A stretch of DNA of 64,000 bases from NCBI GenBank assembly GCA_964106915.2, contig OZ066916.1. One strand, written 5' to 3'. The notes under the pieces are model-generated. The model did not search any database. It was given only the letters and a program-made list of their open reading frames with translations, and had not been told where the DNA came from. This DNA is from Podarcis gaigeae. Lineage: Eukaryota. Of the stretch, positions 12,051 through 25,450 are shown piece after piece; the first letter of the stretch is position 1; each line of letters opens with the position of its first letter. A program made the position numbers and the translations under genes.

Positions 12051-14409
12051 TCATAAAATATTTCAAAGCAATTTCACAGTAAAAACATCAACAATAGAAA
12101 CAATCCCTTCTAACAAAGTAGGACACATAGCCATGCTAAGTACCATTTATTCCACACAACTTTCACTTCTGCATTGGCAGCCTCGGCCAAAAGTCGGGGT
12201 CTGAATTGCTCATTCATGTGGGACATAATGCCCTTTTCACTGTACGGCTACCGCTTTCTGGTTTCGGTCTTTGCCATGGATCTCTCTCTCAGCACCTTCA
12301 TGACATTGCTCCCCACTACCCTAGTGCTCGTCTTCATCACCTTTGGCCGTTTCCATACTGGTGGCACTTTGTATTGATTACTCTGCTATCCTGTGGCAAC
12401 TTTAATGATGAGCAGATTTATTGTGGCATGAGCTTTCATAGGCTAAAGCACATTTCACCCAATTCTGCGTTGTGGGCTAGAGCCGAGTTTATGAAAAGCA
12501 TCTGAGAAAGTGGCCAGTAGCCTACAAATTGCACAACACACACATTTGTTGCTATCGTGCGTTGTTGTGGTTGTTTGCTGTAGCTACCTCCTTCGGAATC
12601 TGTTCCTTTCTTCTCCCTATTACATGGCATGGGAGTAAGTGGTGTGGTCTTATGCCTTCCATCTTGACGTTAATTCTCCATTCCACGGCTGTGATACCAC
12701 TGGCCGTTGTGATGTTGGGTGTGGCGATAGGCTGGTACAGTAGTGTCTCACCCAAGCAAGGGACTACTTACACCAGCAAACTGCCACTTCTGCAGAGTGT
12801 CTGGCCACTGGGTACTTGTTAAATTTGCACTGGATGAGATGTTTTTGTACTGCAGGGAGGGTTGATGTTTTTCCTGTGTTGCTGAGTGAATTGCTCATAG
12901 CTGCCTGATCACGAGTGCATTGCGTTTGTTTAAATGCACGGAGTTCAGCATTCAGGGTCCCATACTGTGTTTATGTGGCACCTCTTGTTTCTAAGTGCTT
13001 GTTTGCGTTCAACAATGTGGGAACAGGCTCTGTCTGCTGCCTCATTCTCCTTTGGCCATGTGTCTTGTCTGGATCTCTTGTAGAGTAGATCAGGGGTGCC
13101 TCTCTATGGAGTGGAACATGAAGTCCTGATAGCATGATGCATGATGCTGTCTGGTTGCCAGAAATTAACTTGGCTAATATAACTACACAGTAGCTACAGG
13201 GGAATTATGGGAATCTGAGCTTCCCTTTATATGATGTGCTAGGACCAAAGCATATTTTTAAAGCGTATTTCAGAGAGGAAGAATGAGAATTCTTCTGGCA
13301 AAATCATTTCTCAGACCAGCACAATATGTTCCTTTCTTACCCATGCCATTCTTTTATAATACCTTGTGAATAATGCCATTATCATTGGCATGCTGTCCAA
13401 ATTGCATCTATACCTTTGCTAAATTCACCTGACTTTATTTATTTATTTTTTGGTGAAGACTCTTATGACCCATGCCAGCTTTTCAACCAAACGTATCAAT
13501 ATCCTTTGTCTGCTTCCATTAAGCTTGCATTATTTATACAATTTTGTAAGTGGGTAGTTAGAAGAGACGATGGTTTGATATACAACCTCAATAACCCAAA
13601 GAAGTGACAATTGTTTGTTATACAGCTTCAAGACCTTGTAAAATATTTCATATTTTCAGATGTTAAATGATCAGACCTTTCTAATAATCTGCCTCCTTTA
13701 TAACACCTTGTTTGGACACCCAGTTATGCCTCACTTGCTATTGAAAGATTCTTGTGGGCTAGAGTACATTGATTCTTGAAAGAAGTGTCCTAGAGGCTGT
13801 GGCATCATGCTGTCTAAAGCATTTTTTTGGGAGGGGGGATCAAGCCATGAGCAGAGAGTCATCCTGGCTTTATCAGCACTAAAATAGATTACCTGACTTG
13901 CAGTTTCCTTAAAGAGGGAGGGATAGAAACAGAGCAGCGGGACTTAACCTCAGCAGTTTCAGAATTCAACATAGCAAAATCTGAAAACAATAAAGGAGAG
14001 TATCCTAAACATGCACAGAGTGCCCTCTCCTATTCTCAGTGCTTTGATTTCAGCCTCCACACATGCTCTCCAGTTGCAATTGATGGGTCAGGGCAGAGCA
14101 GGGCAGTCTCAGCACCGCTGGCTTCTCAGTGCCTGGGTCACTGCCAGTTATCAGGAAGAGGAAGAAGTGTGGCTATGAGGAGGCAAATGCGGTGATGGAG
14201 CCAATCTGATGCCCCCGTTGATGCAGCGATAGAGCCAATCCGTTGCTACCATCCCTTTGCCTCTCCCACCATTTCTTAGTAACTGCCAGTGATGGCAGTG
14301 TTGGGAAGCCAGGTAAGCGGTCAGGCCCAAAGTCTTGTGGAAAGTCTATGGCTGCTGTTTCTAAAAACCTTTTTAAAGGGCTGGAGAGAGGAACACAAAA
14401 TATGCACAA

Positions 14410-14762
14410 GCAGGTGGCACTGTGGGTTAAACCACAGAGCCTAGGACTTGCCGATCAGAAGGTTGGTAGTTCGAATCCCCGCAACAGGGTGAGCTCCCGT
14501 TGCTTGGTCCCTGCTCCTGCCAACCTAGCAGTTCGAAAGCACGTCAAAGTGCAAGTAGATAAATAGGTACCACTCCAGCGGGAAGGTAAACGGTGTTTCT
14601 GTGTGCTGCTCTGGTTCGCCAGAAGCGGCTTAGTCATCTGGCGACATGACCTGGAAGCTGTACGCCGGCTCCCTCCTTCAATAAAGTGAGATGAGCGCCA
14701 CAACCCCAGAGTCAGCCATGACTGGACCTAATGGTTAGGGGTCCCTTTACCCTTTACCTTTA
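14410..14762 (+). mobile_element. Sauria SINE (lacertid type), near full length
   Basis: tRNA-like head with B box GTTCGAATCCC, conserved body (AAAGTGCAAGTAGATAAATAGGTACC) and 3' tail CCCTTTACCCTTTACCTTT. Confidence 0.92.
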
Positions 14763-17185
14763 ATTCCTTGTCAAGATGCATGGCGTATTAATTATATATT
14801 AAGACCATGTTAGTGGGTCCAGTGATACAATCATGATGAGGCTTTGGGGCAGGGAGCAGAATGAGATTCGTGGGGGGGGGGCAACTGCAGCAGGACTGAC
14901 TCAGGACAGGATTGGGGGAGATGTCCAGCCCACCCACCCCCAGCACCCACCCCCCAGAACACACCAGGTTGGGCATACCACATTTTGAAGTAAGTGAAGT
15001 AACTCACTTTAGCATCTAAACAGCACCTCCTCCCCCAATTAAGTACAGAGTCTAAAATTAGCCAAGTGCATTATTGGGTTTGTCACCCCTTCCTTAGTTT
15101 TGAGCATGGATTTATAAGTGTGCTCCAACATTGTGGAAAAGGGGGTTGAAATTCAGGGTTTATTCGGTTAAACAGCGTTTTGAAAATTCAGATTTGTGTT
15201 GGGTTTTGCTGTTATTAATGCAAAAATATATGTCTGCTCAGTCCCAAATCTTGTTACTGTTCTACATTTTATTATTGTTTTATTGCTGTTGACTTGGATT
15301 GAAATTAATCAGTTACTGCATTTACTCAGATTTCCTTGCTTTGTGACTTGCTTGGAAGACACGTTCAAGTTTTGTGGCACGAAGCACAACGTAAACCTAT
15401 AGTTTATACCTTGGTTGAAAGGTATGCAAATTTACTTTATTTATTTAAAATATTTATATGCTCATTTTATATTTTAAAAATCTCTAAAATAATGTGTATA
15501 ACATAAAAAGGTAAAACACAACAAAGACAAAAGATCAGTATAAAACTGTAAAACAGAAATACATATAGAGTACAATCCAGTCTGATGGTTGGATTGGCAG
15601 CATCTAATAAAACTGTGCTTCTAGCTCTCTCTGCCCCCCCCCCCATCTCCACCAATGGAATGCTTCTATTTTGGCGGATTATGTGTTTTGAAGGGCAATG
15701 TCACACACACACTCCTTTTCTAGTTGAAAAACATATGGATTGGACAGCGCACCAAGCTGTCCCTGGTGGGTTTAATTACCATGATGTTGGTACAGAGCTA
15801 CATGCCTGTGGTGAAGTCCTGGAATGGAAATCAAATTGGCTGAAGGAAACTATGCAGTGCAGTGATGCCAGATACAGTGTGAACACTCACATCACTTGAT
15901 AAACATTGGTTTCCAATATGGTAGAGGACTGTTGACAATAGCTTTTCCATGCCCTGTGAATGCTAAGAGTGCTCATTATTAGAGAGAGCAGAGGATAAAT
16001 AACTCTTTGATTTCCAGCCATTATTTGTAAATGGGTGAGGTAAAAACAATATGAGATGATTTGCCATAAATTGAAATGATTAGCAATGGATCTTTCTGTT
16101 CTCTTCAATCACGTTTGATTTTAGTTGTTCTTTTTTTAAGCAAACCTTATCTCTGAAGGTCAGGGTGGATAAAAATGAAATATAGGAACATAGGGTTGAT
16201 TTTAAAAAATAAATCAGTGGGGGGGTTAAAAAAAAACTTCTTACTTGCTTGAGCTTCAGATACAATAGAAATTGGCATTATAAGATTTGTGTATGTTTTA
16301 CCTAAACTTCAATATATTATCCTTCTTGGATGCAACATTGTGCAACCCAGTTTGTCATAGATCAGTGCACAATCAGTGTACTGACTATATGGAATATAAA
16401 AGGATGAGCCCATAAGGAGAGCTCACAAGTTCCAACCACTGACTCTAATTTTGGCTTAGTCACGTCCATTCTGACTGCTTCTTCCGTTTTGAACCTTCTG
16501 TTCTGTCACAGAGCAGGACACAATTGTATCAAAGGGTAAGACATAAAGGGTAAGACATAAAATGGAAAAAAATGGCATGCCATTGATAATTTTGTTCCAT
16601 TTCACATAGGTGCTTATCAATTTTTAATCAATCACAAACATTAATGCTGTATATCACTGCTATTAAAAGAACCATTATGCTCATTCCCAAAAACTAAATG
16701 GTTGTTTGGAAGAAAAAATGGCAGCGATGCCAAGTCATACTCTGGGACAGCTTTTGTTGGACCTCTAAAAGAAGGATGTCTCAAACCTGGACAGCAGCCA
16801 CCAAGAATGTGTCTTCATTGAATGTGTGTCTTCACTGTACTAACTTAATATAGCCTTCATTGTAATAGTGGTGGTGGAAGAGAGAAATTAGGTGAGCACA
16901 ATCCTCTTGTTACCATGTCAAATTACAATAAAACGGGGTGGGGAAATGGCAGTAGGCACCCATGTTCCCATCTCTTCTACCCACCTGTTTCCCCCTCTAA
17001 TTTATGCCTCCCTCTGACCTTAAAGCGACCAGGAAACAAATAGCTGGAGGAAAAGGTTTCCGCCATAGGTGGGGGAAAAGAGTTAGCAGCCCTTCTCTTC
17101 CCCTGTCTCTTAGGCGTTTGGCAGATCTGTCACCTTCTCATCAAGTTGCCCCTGAGGACCCCATCCAAAGGGCATTTGTCCCATA

Positions 17186-17535
17186 ATGTAAAGCGGGGGT
17201 GGCCATTGTGGTGCCTTCCAAATGTTGTTGGCCTCCTATCAGCCCTTATGGTCAGGGGTGGTGAGACTGACAGTTCAGCAACATCTGAAGGACACCACAA
17301 AGATCGCAAAGAGAAATAGAAGAGGTGGCCCTGGAGGTTCAAGCTGGTTGGTTAAAAATAAAGAACCCAGGGGTTGTTCTTGCTGCAACAAACTAGTTGT
17401 CTTTCTTCACAACAAGCACACCACAGCTGTTGCAACAGAGAAGACAAGACTGTGGTATGGGACCCTGAGGGGTGTGTGTCTGGGAAAGTAAGCCGGTCAT
17501 TGTGGGGCAAAGCTGAAGACCACCTGTGTCCTGTG
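17186..17535 (+). mobile_element. LTR-like fragment, decayed
   Basis: Starts TGTAAAG; composition and layout resemble a solo LTR; no TSD found. Confidence 0.3.
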
Positions 17536-17536
17536 T

Positions 17537-17537
<1 letters not shown>

Positions 17538-17572
<35 letters not shown>
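17538..17572. repeat. (CAG)n microsatellite
   Basis: Direct observation; accounts for the poly-Ala and poly-Cys ORFs. Confidence 0.97.
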
Positions 17573-17574
17573 TA

Positions 17575-17770
17575 TTTTTATTTGTTTGTTTGTTTGCCAC
17601 CCATCTGACCAGGTTGCCCCAGCCACTCTGGGTGGCTTTCCACAAATTATAAAACCACAGCAGAGCATCCCTGTGCAGGACTGCCTTCTAAAAGCCAGAG
17701 AGTGGTTTATTTCCTTGACATCTGATAGGAGGGCATTTCATAGGGCAGGCCCTCTGTTTGTAACCTCACT
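17575..17770 (-). mobile_element. LINE 3'-end fragment (L2-like)
   Basis: TTTG/TTTA tail followed by CCCAGCCACTCTGGGTGGCTT and TTCCATAGG-like sequence; homologous in reverse complement to 56590-56705. Confidence 0.55.
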
Positions 17771-18752
17771 TTTGTGAGTGCCCACTTCCGCCCGGCAGCT
17801 CAAGATAATTCAAATGATAAGCATTACAAGACTTTTGAACATGATACTGATGCGTTTTGTTCAGATAGCTGAGTGTGTTCTGTCTTTAATCCTTCTCTGG
17901 ATGGCAATAATGGCAATTAACAATATTAATTTTAGGACAATTTCGCAATAAATACTTCTGAAACACTCCAGTTTATTCAGTCACAGCATGTCTTAACTGT
18001 AGAACATTTGGTCAATTGAAAAGAATGTAAATGTTATTCATTAGCAGTGTAATTAGTATTGATTGGTTATATTATGCAGTTCACTGAATTAAAACCCTGT
18101 ATGTCACTGGGAGATTTCTAATCACTGTAACAAATTTGAAATTGGTAGCTCATATTTTTTTTGTGTTTCTTCCTCTCCCTCTGCCGCTGGCCAGAATTTG
18201 GTTTCAAAGTGCGTGCCCTTTCCCATCATGATGAAATGCAAAAATAAAGATACAGACTTGCTCAACCTGATGACAGATCTGCAGGATTTCATCTAAACAT
18301 AATGGGAGTTTGGGGTGGAAACTTCAGCTTAGTCAATTCAATTGGAAACCTCCCACTGGTTTTACTAAAAAATCTCTCAAGCATATCCATGGAGTTTTGC
18401 AGATCCGGCAGAGCTTTTGCCTTTTTTTCATCCATAAAGTATGTTGCAAGCTGGGGGTGGGGGGATGTTTTTAAAAGTGCCTAACTTAGACAATAATAGT
18501 CATGGGGGCCTTTGCCTTCATTCCAATGCACAAGTATGTGAAGGGCAAGTCAGGTCCTGCTCCAAGTGTTTGCACTGTACAAAGTGAAGTCACTGGCATA
18601 GAGTTGTTAGCCTTTTTGCAGAGCAATCCAAACCTCTTTTTGTGGGACTGTTCAGGGATGCAGGAGAGGATATATTGTTTGATTATATCCTTTCCAACTT
18701 GTATTAACAAGTTCTATAATTTGGCAGAGTAACATTCCCCTTTTTAAACTTG

Positions 18753-19210
18753 CATAGCGGATGCGTTTGCTCAGGCTCACTAAAGCCTCTATAATAAGTT
18801 TTAAAAGTAATTTCCCATTTAGTCCCTCATAGAAAGATAATCAAGATAAGACATGACACAGTCTTCTATAAAAGTATAAAAAGAGTTTACTCACACATTC
18901 TGTTCACAATTGGATCCCAGAAGGCAGACTTTAAGTTACAAAAGTAATATACCTGGAAACTATCCCATAAGGAGACAGTCCCTTTGTCGTCTCTTGGCTG
19001 GAAGTCAAGAGAGCATCTTAGGCTAAGCAGATGTTGCTCCTTCAACGAATGTGGTCAGAGAGAGATGGCTGACTAGTCCTGCTCTTTTGTTACCTGGGCA
19101 GGTGAGGTCACGCCCACCTCTAGTTACATGCAGAGGAAGTCTGTCCCAGCGTAGGAGAAACAGGAAGTTTCAACTGGCTGGTCCAGACATCCCCTCTTAT
19201 GTCCACTCTA
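18753..19210 (-). mobile_element. Probable decayed solo LTR
   Basis: Imperfect inverted ends CATAGCGGA / TCCACTCTA, interpretable as decayed TGTAGCGGA...TCCGCTACA; no TSD confirmed. Confidence 0.35.
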
Positions 19211-20238
19211 GGGATATTGTACTTGACTGCTCTTGTGTTTCACATCCCACACTTTTATGCTTGGTTCGGAATTTGGATTGAACAGAAATCTCCCTCTGCC
19301 CAGTTCTACCAGCCAGCCTCCCACTGCCTGCTTGGCAGAGTGACACAGGGCTGACATCCCCGTCCATCCATTGGTTATGCATGCAGAAGGCATAGTGGCA
19401 GGTTTCTGGCCAGCACAAGGTGTGTCTGGAGGGCAGGACAGGTTCTGAGTCAGCCTGGGGTCTGCTGTGTCCCAAACAGGTCTTACTTATACAGTCAGGT
19501 GACAACATCAGTCAGGTGACAGCATCAGACCTGATCCGGACCCAGTTGCCATGCCAGCGTGGAGGTTTGGTTCAGGGTTGGATTGCATCCCCAGATTTCC
19601 TGAGAAGAGGTGAAACCTGCCTGTTCCAAAAACCTTCTGGCCACAGGATTCTCAGGGTGTTTGAGCTGCTGTTATTGCTATATATTTTAAAGTCCTTGTT
19701 TTGTGTGTGGAGTGTCTTTTATGGGGAGTTTCATTGTTCTGCAGGTAGGTATATGTTTGATTTTAAATCTTTGCCGGATGCCATTTTGGGGGAGAGGAAT
19801 ATAATTTTTTTTTTTTAAGTAACAGATATGCTTGAGAACATGCAAATGTGTTTGAAATGTAACAATGAAATTCACGTTGAGGCTTTTGTCCATTTAGATT
19901 GCAATCCCATGGCTCCCTGGAGGGCATCGGTTGGATCTCTAATATCAGATCCTACTTCCCCATCATATCCTCAGTTGGGCTGGACCAGTGTTTTCCAGTG
20001 CTGGTGGGCACTGGAGTGATCCAAGGTGGCCATAGTAACCCTGGATGCATCGGGGGGCATTGAATAAAAATAAGGAGGTTGTGGAAGCGTAAAGAAATGA
20101 GAGAATTTTGAAAAACCTGTTTCATCTGTTGTGTCATGATGTTTACCACCAAGTTGGGTGCCACTGAGGGACGGTGACATTGACTCCTCTGGATCCAGTG
20201 GTTGTGATGGAGGCGAGGGGTTTTCCCAGGCTTGGGTG

Positions 20239-20393
20239 CAGTGGCAGAGCTTCATGCTCCCACACCAGGGGGTGGAGAGCGTGGCACGTGTCCTGGGGGG
20301 CGTGGCGCCTAGCACTAGCAGGGGGGGCACCCCACCGGGATCGCGCTGCCGGGGACGGTGCGCTCCCCCCCCACTCCTCTTCCTCCGCCAGTG
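20239..20393. mobile_element. GC-rich hAT-type MITE
   Basis: CAGTGGC...GCCAGTG ends; 8-bp TSD CTTGGGTG (20231-20238) / CTTGAGTG (20394-20401); retains CpGs. Confidence 0.8.
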
Positions 20394-23300
20394 CTTGAGT
20401 GAACCTTTTTAGGCTTCACCCAGGCCCAGGAAGTGGATCACAGCTTGCCTGCGTATTCAGCCAATGGCAAATGTACTGTTTTGTAGGACGTGCGTAGAAA
20501 TATAGACACAGACAAGAATGCTAATTTGTCACTGCCTCTTTCTGTTTGTTCGCTTAAAGAAGGTAGATTTCCAAGGGGGCTTTGAGTAATTTTTTTCTGA
20601 AAAGGGGGACCAATAAGTTTCGGAACCTCTGGGCCAGAACTTTGGATGTTGGATCATTGACATCAGTAGGGCCCTAAAGGGGGAGGTTTGGGGGTGACCA
20701 GAAGAGGACATGTAAATACTTTGGTTCCAAAGGATCCAAAGCTGTCCCATTCCCCTGACCCCCATTCAGGGGTGACAAGACCTAAACTTTCTTAGCTTTA
20801 GCAAGGTGGTGGCCTCAGATGTCCTCAGATCATACAGGTCCAGATCATAAAGGTCCAGCCACCTTTGGCTCTCCCTTCCCTTTCCCCTAGATGCAATTCT
20901 GGTGCCAGTTACTTGGGAGTAAGTCCCATTGGCTTAAGTAGATGTTGTGAGTGCTCTGCTAGTCCATTAAATGGCTACAAGATTGCAGTCTTTGTTGTCT
21001 ATTTTTTCCCCTATGTCTGTCTGTGAAACCTATTTATCACACACTTTCAGCAAATTCATATGTATAAAGAACATTTAAATTAAGCCTACTTTTTTGAATT
21101 TTTGATAAGAATTGAGAGCAGCACAAATTTAAGATGGAGACCCATATCAACACTATTCAGCTATAGGAAATAGCTATATTAAAGAGCATGCTACATTTCT
21201 GTATTCTTTTTTGGGGTTGAATGTAGTTATTCATGCATAATTAATACAAGTAAGCTGAAGCAGTTGGAAAGTATTTCATTAATAGATTTTAAAGGAGTAA
21301 ATTAAAAGATTAGTCTATGTATCCTTTTGCTGTTTCCTCACCTTTAAAGGCACAAAGAACATTGTAAAGGACAGTATATTTGCCAGAATTGTAATGCAAA
21401 TTAATGAATTCAGATACTGTCAAGATACTGTTCAGATTAATTGGACCTATTTAAATGTACTGTAGTTACTGCTAAAATATTAATGACTTTTATATCTTTC
21501 TAAAAGGAAATAAGATTTTACCTACTACTGAGTTTGAAATAATTAGGTTTCAAATGCAGCTGAGAAATGTAATGTTGGTACTTACAGTAATATGCAGACA
21601 CTAAATGTGGCATGTGCCACTATAGTATTGATAGTATTTTAAAAAAATATCTCTCATGGGTGGGATCTTCTGAAAGGGTAGGCTAACCTTTTATATTACC
21701 AACCAATAAAATGCTCTGGTTGAATGCACTCTTTGCATGGTCACTATACCAAATACAAGCTTTTAAATGTCCTCCCATGGCTCCTTTGATTCCTGTTTGC
21801 AGAGCCTCACATTGCCCTGCTGTCTTCTCTGCCCTTTCTAATAATTCCTTACATTTTAAACCCTAATCTGTAATCAGTTTCTTCCTATTTCTCTGGTCAT
21901 CTGCTGCCCCACTTCATATTTTCCAATAGTTCTGTTTTCAGTATTTATTTGTTTTTTCATTAAAATATATATTTAAAAATATGTATCTCAGGGTGGCTTG
22001 CAGTCCCAAAACAGAACAGATCATGGAATTAAGGCCCATAAAACTGAAATCACAATAAAAGTCAGATCTCATCACAAATTAAACACACACACACACACAT
22101 ACACCGTTAACCTGTGAGAATGAAATGATTTACTCATCTTCCCTTCCAACATGCACCCGCATTAAGTTAATGTCTGAACCGAGGTGCTGATCATCTATGT
22201 CAAGGTTGAGGAGCATTCTGTAGGTCACATGTCAGTGGGCCAGAGACGAAGTGGGCGCGGTAATGGCTGTGATTCTTATTGTTGTACAATAGATTGCCTT
22301 CCACCCACCCAAAACTCAGAGGGTTCTGTACGCACAGACATGGGCACATTCACATCCATTCAAGCATTCAAGGGGTATGGCCTGGGGAGAGGAAATGTGG
22401 TCTTGGGGAGAGTCCTGAAGGCCGTATAGAGGGGCCACATTTCAACTCCAGGCTTGAGGTTCCTCCTCTGTGATCTATGCACTCAGGTGGTGTTGATTTT
22501 CTGGATTTTCCCCAGGAATAACTTTACAGGTGTCCATAGTTAAAAATAAGCTTTGCAAGTTATGGCATATGTGATTTTAAAAAATGGGTGTACCCTTTTG
22601 GAATGAGCACCTAGTTCCTTGCAATCAAATGCAGTTATAGCATAGTTTCTAGCGTACCAGTGGCATCATTATTACTTGTTTTTTGGAGAGGGGGAGGGGA
22701 CTGCTTGTGTGCACTGACTGCGCGATATTTTTACCCATTTTATTTTCATTGACAGGAATGAGAAGGAAATAGGAGTAACACTCTGGTGGCTTTGCACAGG
22801 CACTGACAATGCAAATCGGCTGTAAACTGTAGCCTGCAACTTCCATTTAATAAGGTCTTTTTTTGTGTGTGTGCTGCTTTGCCCCTAAGGGTTGCAACCT
22901 GAAACTGGGTCATCAAAATGCGTGAAGTGGTTGAAAAGACAAAAATGTTTTCTTCAGTAAAGCTTCCGAGTGGCAGGGAGCCATCAAAGTTTATTGATAT
23001 CCCTTTAGCTCAGGGAAAAAAGGCTGAGAAGCTCTGGCACTTAAACTTCCAGAGTGTATCAGAATATGTGGCCTTAAGCAAGTCTGGTGTGCTTCAGTGC
23101 CACTATTGTGTTTCATGTGTTCATAAATAGTTGGCATATGCTTTGAAGCTCTGAGCACCAAAGAATAAGGATTTAATTGCTGGCAAAAATACACAGCTTC
23201 TTTACAGATCTATTATTTCCTATAACTTCTACTAGACTACTGTATTAAGGCACTCCTGTAACCTGCTTTGTCTGTCCTGCCAATTAATCTCTAATTGTTA

Positions 23301-23877
23301 GCAAGGGCTAATAATATGATTTGGAGCATCAGTACAGCACAGAAATAAAGCCAGAATTGGGTGCACGATATTTTTGAAGATACAATAAATAATTAAAGGT
23401 GATAATGAAATATTCATTTTAAGCTTTTTAAAAGCCAGTTTTCTGAATTCAGACTACCAGGACAAATGAACAATCAATAACTTTTTTAGTTTTTGAACCA
23501 AACAGGGACATAATTTTGGTAATAATAGTACACCCAGCATTTTCACTAAGGCTAGCAGTTATCCTACTCTGGAATACAGTAGCAGTCATACAAAGCAATG
23601 CAGATTATGCAAACCATGGTCTTATTTGTTTAAGTTTTGGTTTAGTGAACCTATTGAAGTTGTTGAATTTCCAAAATGCTTATTCTTTCCAATACAGGCA
23701 TTTTTGTTTGATGGCTGTTCCTGCATTGCAGTTGGTGCAAAATCCTCAGGACAGTGAAAGTATAGAGCAAATCATCATGGATGCTTGTATGAACAGCTTT
23801 GTACATAACAGACGTTGGGTGGTTATAAAGTATCTGAGTCAGAACTACTCGACGTGCCTCTTGCAATGATGATTATA

Positions 23878-24119
23878 CAGTGGTACCTGAGGTCACATAC
23901 ACTTCAGGTTATATACGCTTCAGGTTACACACTCCGCTAACCCAGAAATAGTGCTTCAGGTTAAGAACTTTGCTTCAGGATAAGAACAGAAATCGGGCTC
24001 TGGCGGCGTGGCGGCAGCAGGAGGCCCCATTAGCTAAAGTGGAGCTTCAGGTTAAGAACAGTTTCAGGTTAAGAACGGACCTCCAGAACGAATTAAGTAC
24101 TTAACCCGAGGTACCACTG
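23878..24119. mobile_element. Tc1/mariner MITE, copy 2 (opposite orientation to copy 1)
   Basis: CAGTGGTACCT...CCCGAGGTACCACTG with TA flanks. Confidence 0.92.
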
Positions 24120-24214
24120 TACTAGAACCTGGGCCCATCATGACTGAGTGAGGACAGACAACAGGAAGTGGTGATTCATGCTGCATACAGTTAGACATCG
24201 GGATTTGCTTCCAC

Positions 24215-24480
24215 AAGTTGTGGCCACCAGCTAGGATGGCTTTTAGAGGAGATTAGACAAATTGATGAAGGAGAAGGCTGTCTATTTCTACTGGTCATGA
24301 TGGCTATGACTAGATCCACTGTTGGAGCCAGTATGCCTCTTGTGTACCAGTTGCTGGTACTACCAGTCCACAAGCTGGGAGAGTGCTGCTGCTTGTGGAC
24401 TTTCCACAGATGCCTAGTAGGTCCCTGTGAGAACATGATGCCGGTTTAGATGGGCCAGAAAAGCTGCACTTAGCTTCTTA
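24215..24480 (+). mobile_element. CR1-like LINE 3' fragment
   Basis: GTGGCCACCAGCTAGGATGGCTTTTAGAGGAGATTAGACAAATT segment; homologous to 52650-52925, 56280-56430 and 58280-58445. Confidence 0.65.
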
Positions 24481-24592
24481 GGATCCTGGCCATCTTTGTA
24501 GTGCCTCAGGATTCAGGGTATGAAAAGAAATGCATTGGAGGTTCCACTGGTTCTTGTGGCTTTAATAGCGTAGGCCACCCTGGAAATATTTC

Positions 24593-24834
24593 CAGTGGTA
24601 CCTCGGGTTAAGAGCTTAATTCGTTCTGGAGGTCCGTTCTTAAGCTGAAACTGTTCTTAACCTGAAACACCACTTTAGCTAATGGGGCCTCCCGCTGCCG
24701 CCACGTCGCCGCTGCGCGATTTCTGCTCTCATCCTGAAGCAAGGTTCTTAACCTGAGGTACTATTTCTGGGTTAGCGGAGTCTGTAACCTGAAGCATCTG
24801 TAACTTGAAGCATCTGTTACCCGAGGTACCACTG
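24593..24834. mobile_element. Tc1/mariner MITE, copy 3
   Basis: Same TIRs and body as copy 1; TA on the right flank only. Confidence 0.9.
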
Positions 24835-25450
24835 TATATTGAAAGGTAGGATGTAAATCGTTTAAATGAACGCTTGCAAGTTAACTCAGGAGCAGCTGAG
24901 AGAGTGCACTCATCGTTGCTGGGCAACCGCTGAGTAGTGTTTACAATCACTTGGCCTACAATTCGTACAGCATCTTGAAGGAAAGGAGGAACTTTCCTCA
25001 GCCCAGTTACTAAGCTGTCTAAGCTACAACTTGGGACAGTGCAGTTTATGGAAGAAAGGAAGGTAGAGGGATTCCACATCCCTACAACTACTGGTTTGTT
25101 TTTCAGGTTTCACTGTACCTCCCTCACAAGGCAATTCCTTTTCTCTCTCTTTTGTCTTAACCTCCTTTCATCCCAGCAACAAATAATTTCTCATCATCGG
25201 GACTCTGGAAAAGACAAGTGGAAGGAAGGATCGTCCATTTGTTGGAAATCTTTTTCCTGTGGTGTTATCTCCTCTTTCTGGGAGGCAGGATACGCCACTG
25301 TTGGCTTTCAATTTGCAGCTGCCTTTTTTCTGCAAGAGCGAGGACACCGTGGGTGTGAGCCACACAAAGTAGAGATTGTTTCGCTGGTCAGAGAAGTTGC
25401 AAGAAGAGAATCAGTAGGTAAAAGGGTGCAGACTTTTTCAAAAGAGGCTG

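Noticed and set aside
13134-13793. Erv1/Alr-type CxxC protein or hepadnaviral polymerase remnant
   Set aside because: The CxxC needs a stop codon repaired, the downstream HNxVN motif is absent, and no YMDD or other hepadnaviral motif is present.
18195-18220. Homeobox helix 3 (IWFQ)
   Set aside because: Not followed by NRR and an in-frame stop comes shortly after; no other homeobox sequence was seen.
16533-20850. Short tandem duplications (16533-16560, 19493-19526, 20828-20858; also 39929-39963)
   Set aside because: Two-copy 14-21-bp slippage duplications with no sign of function.
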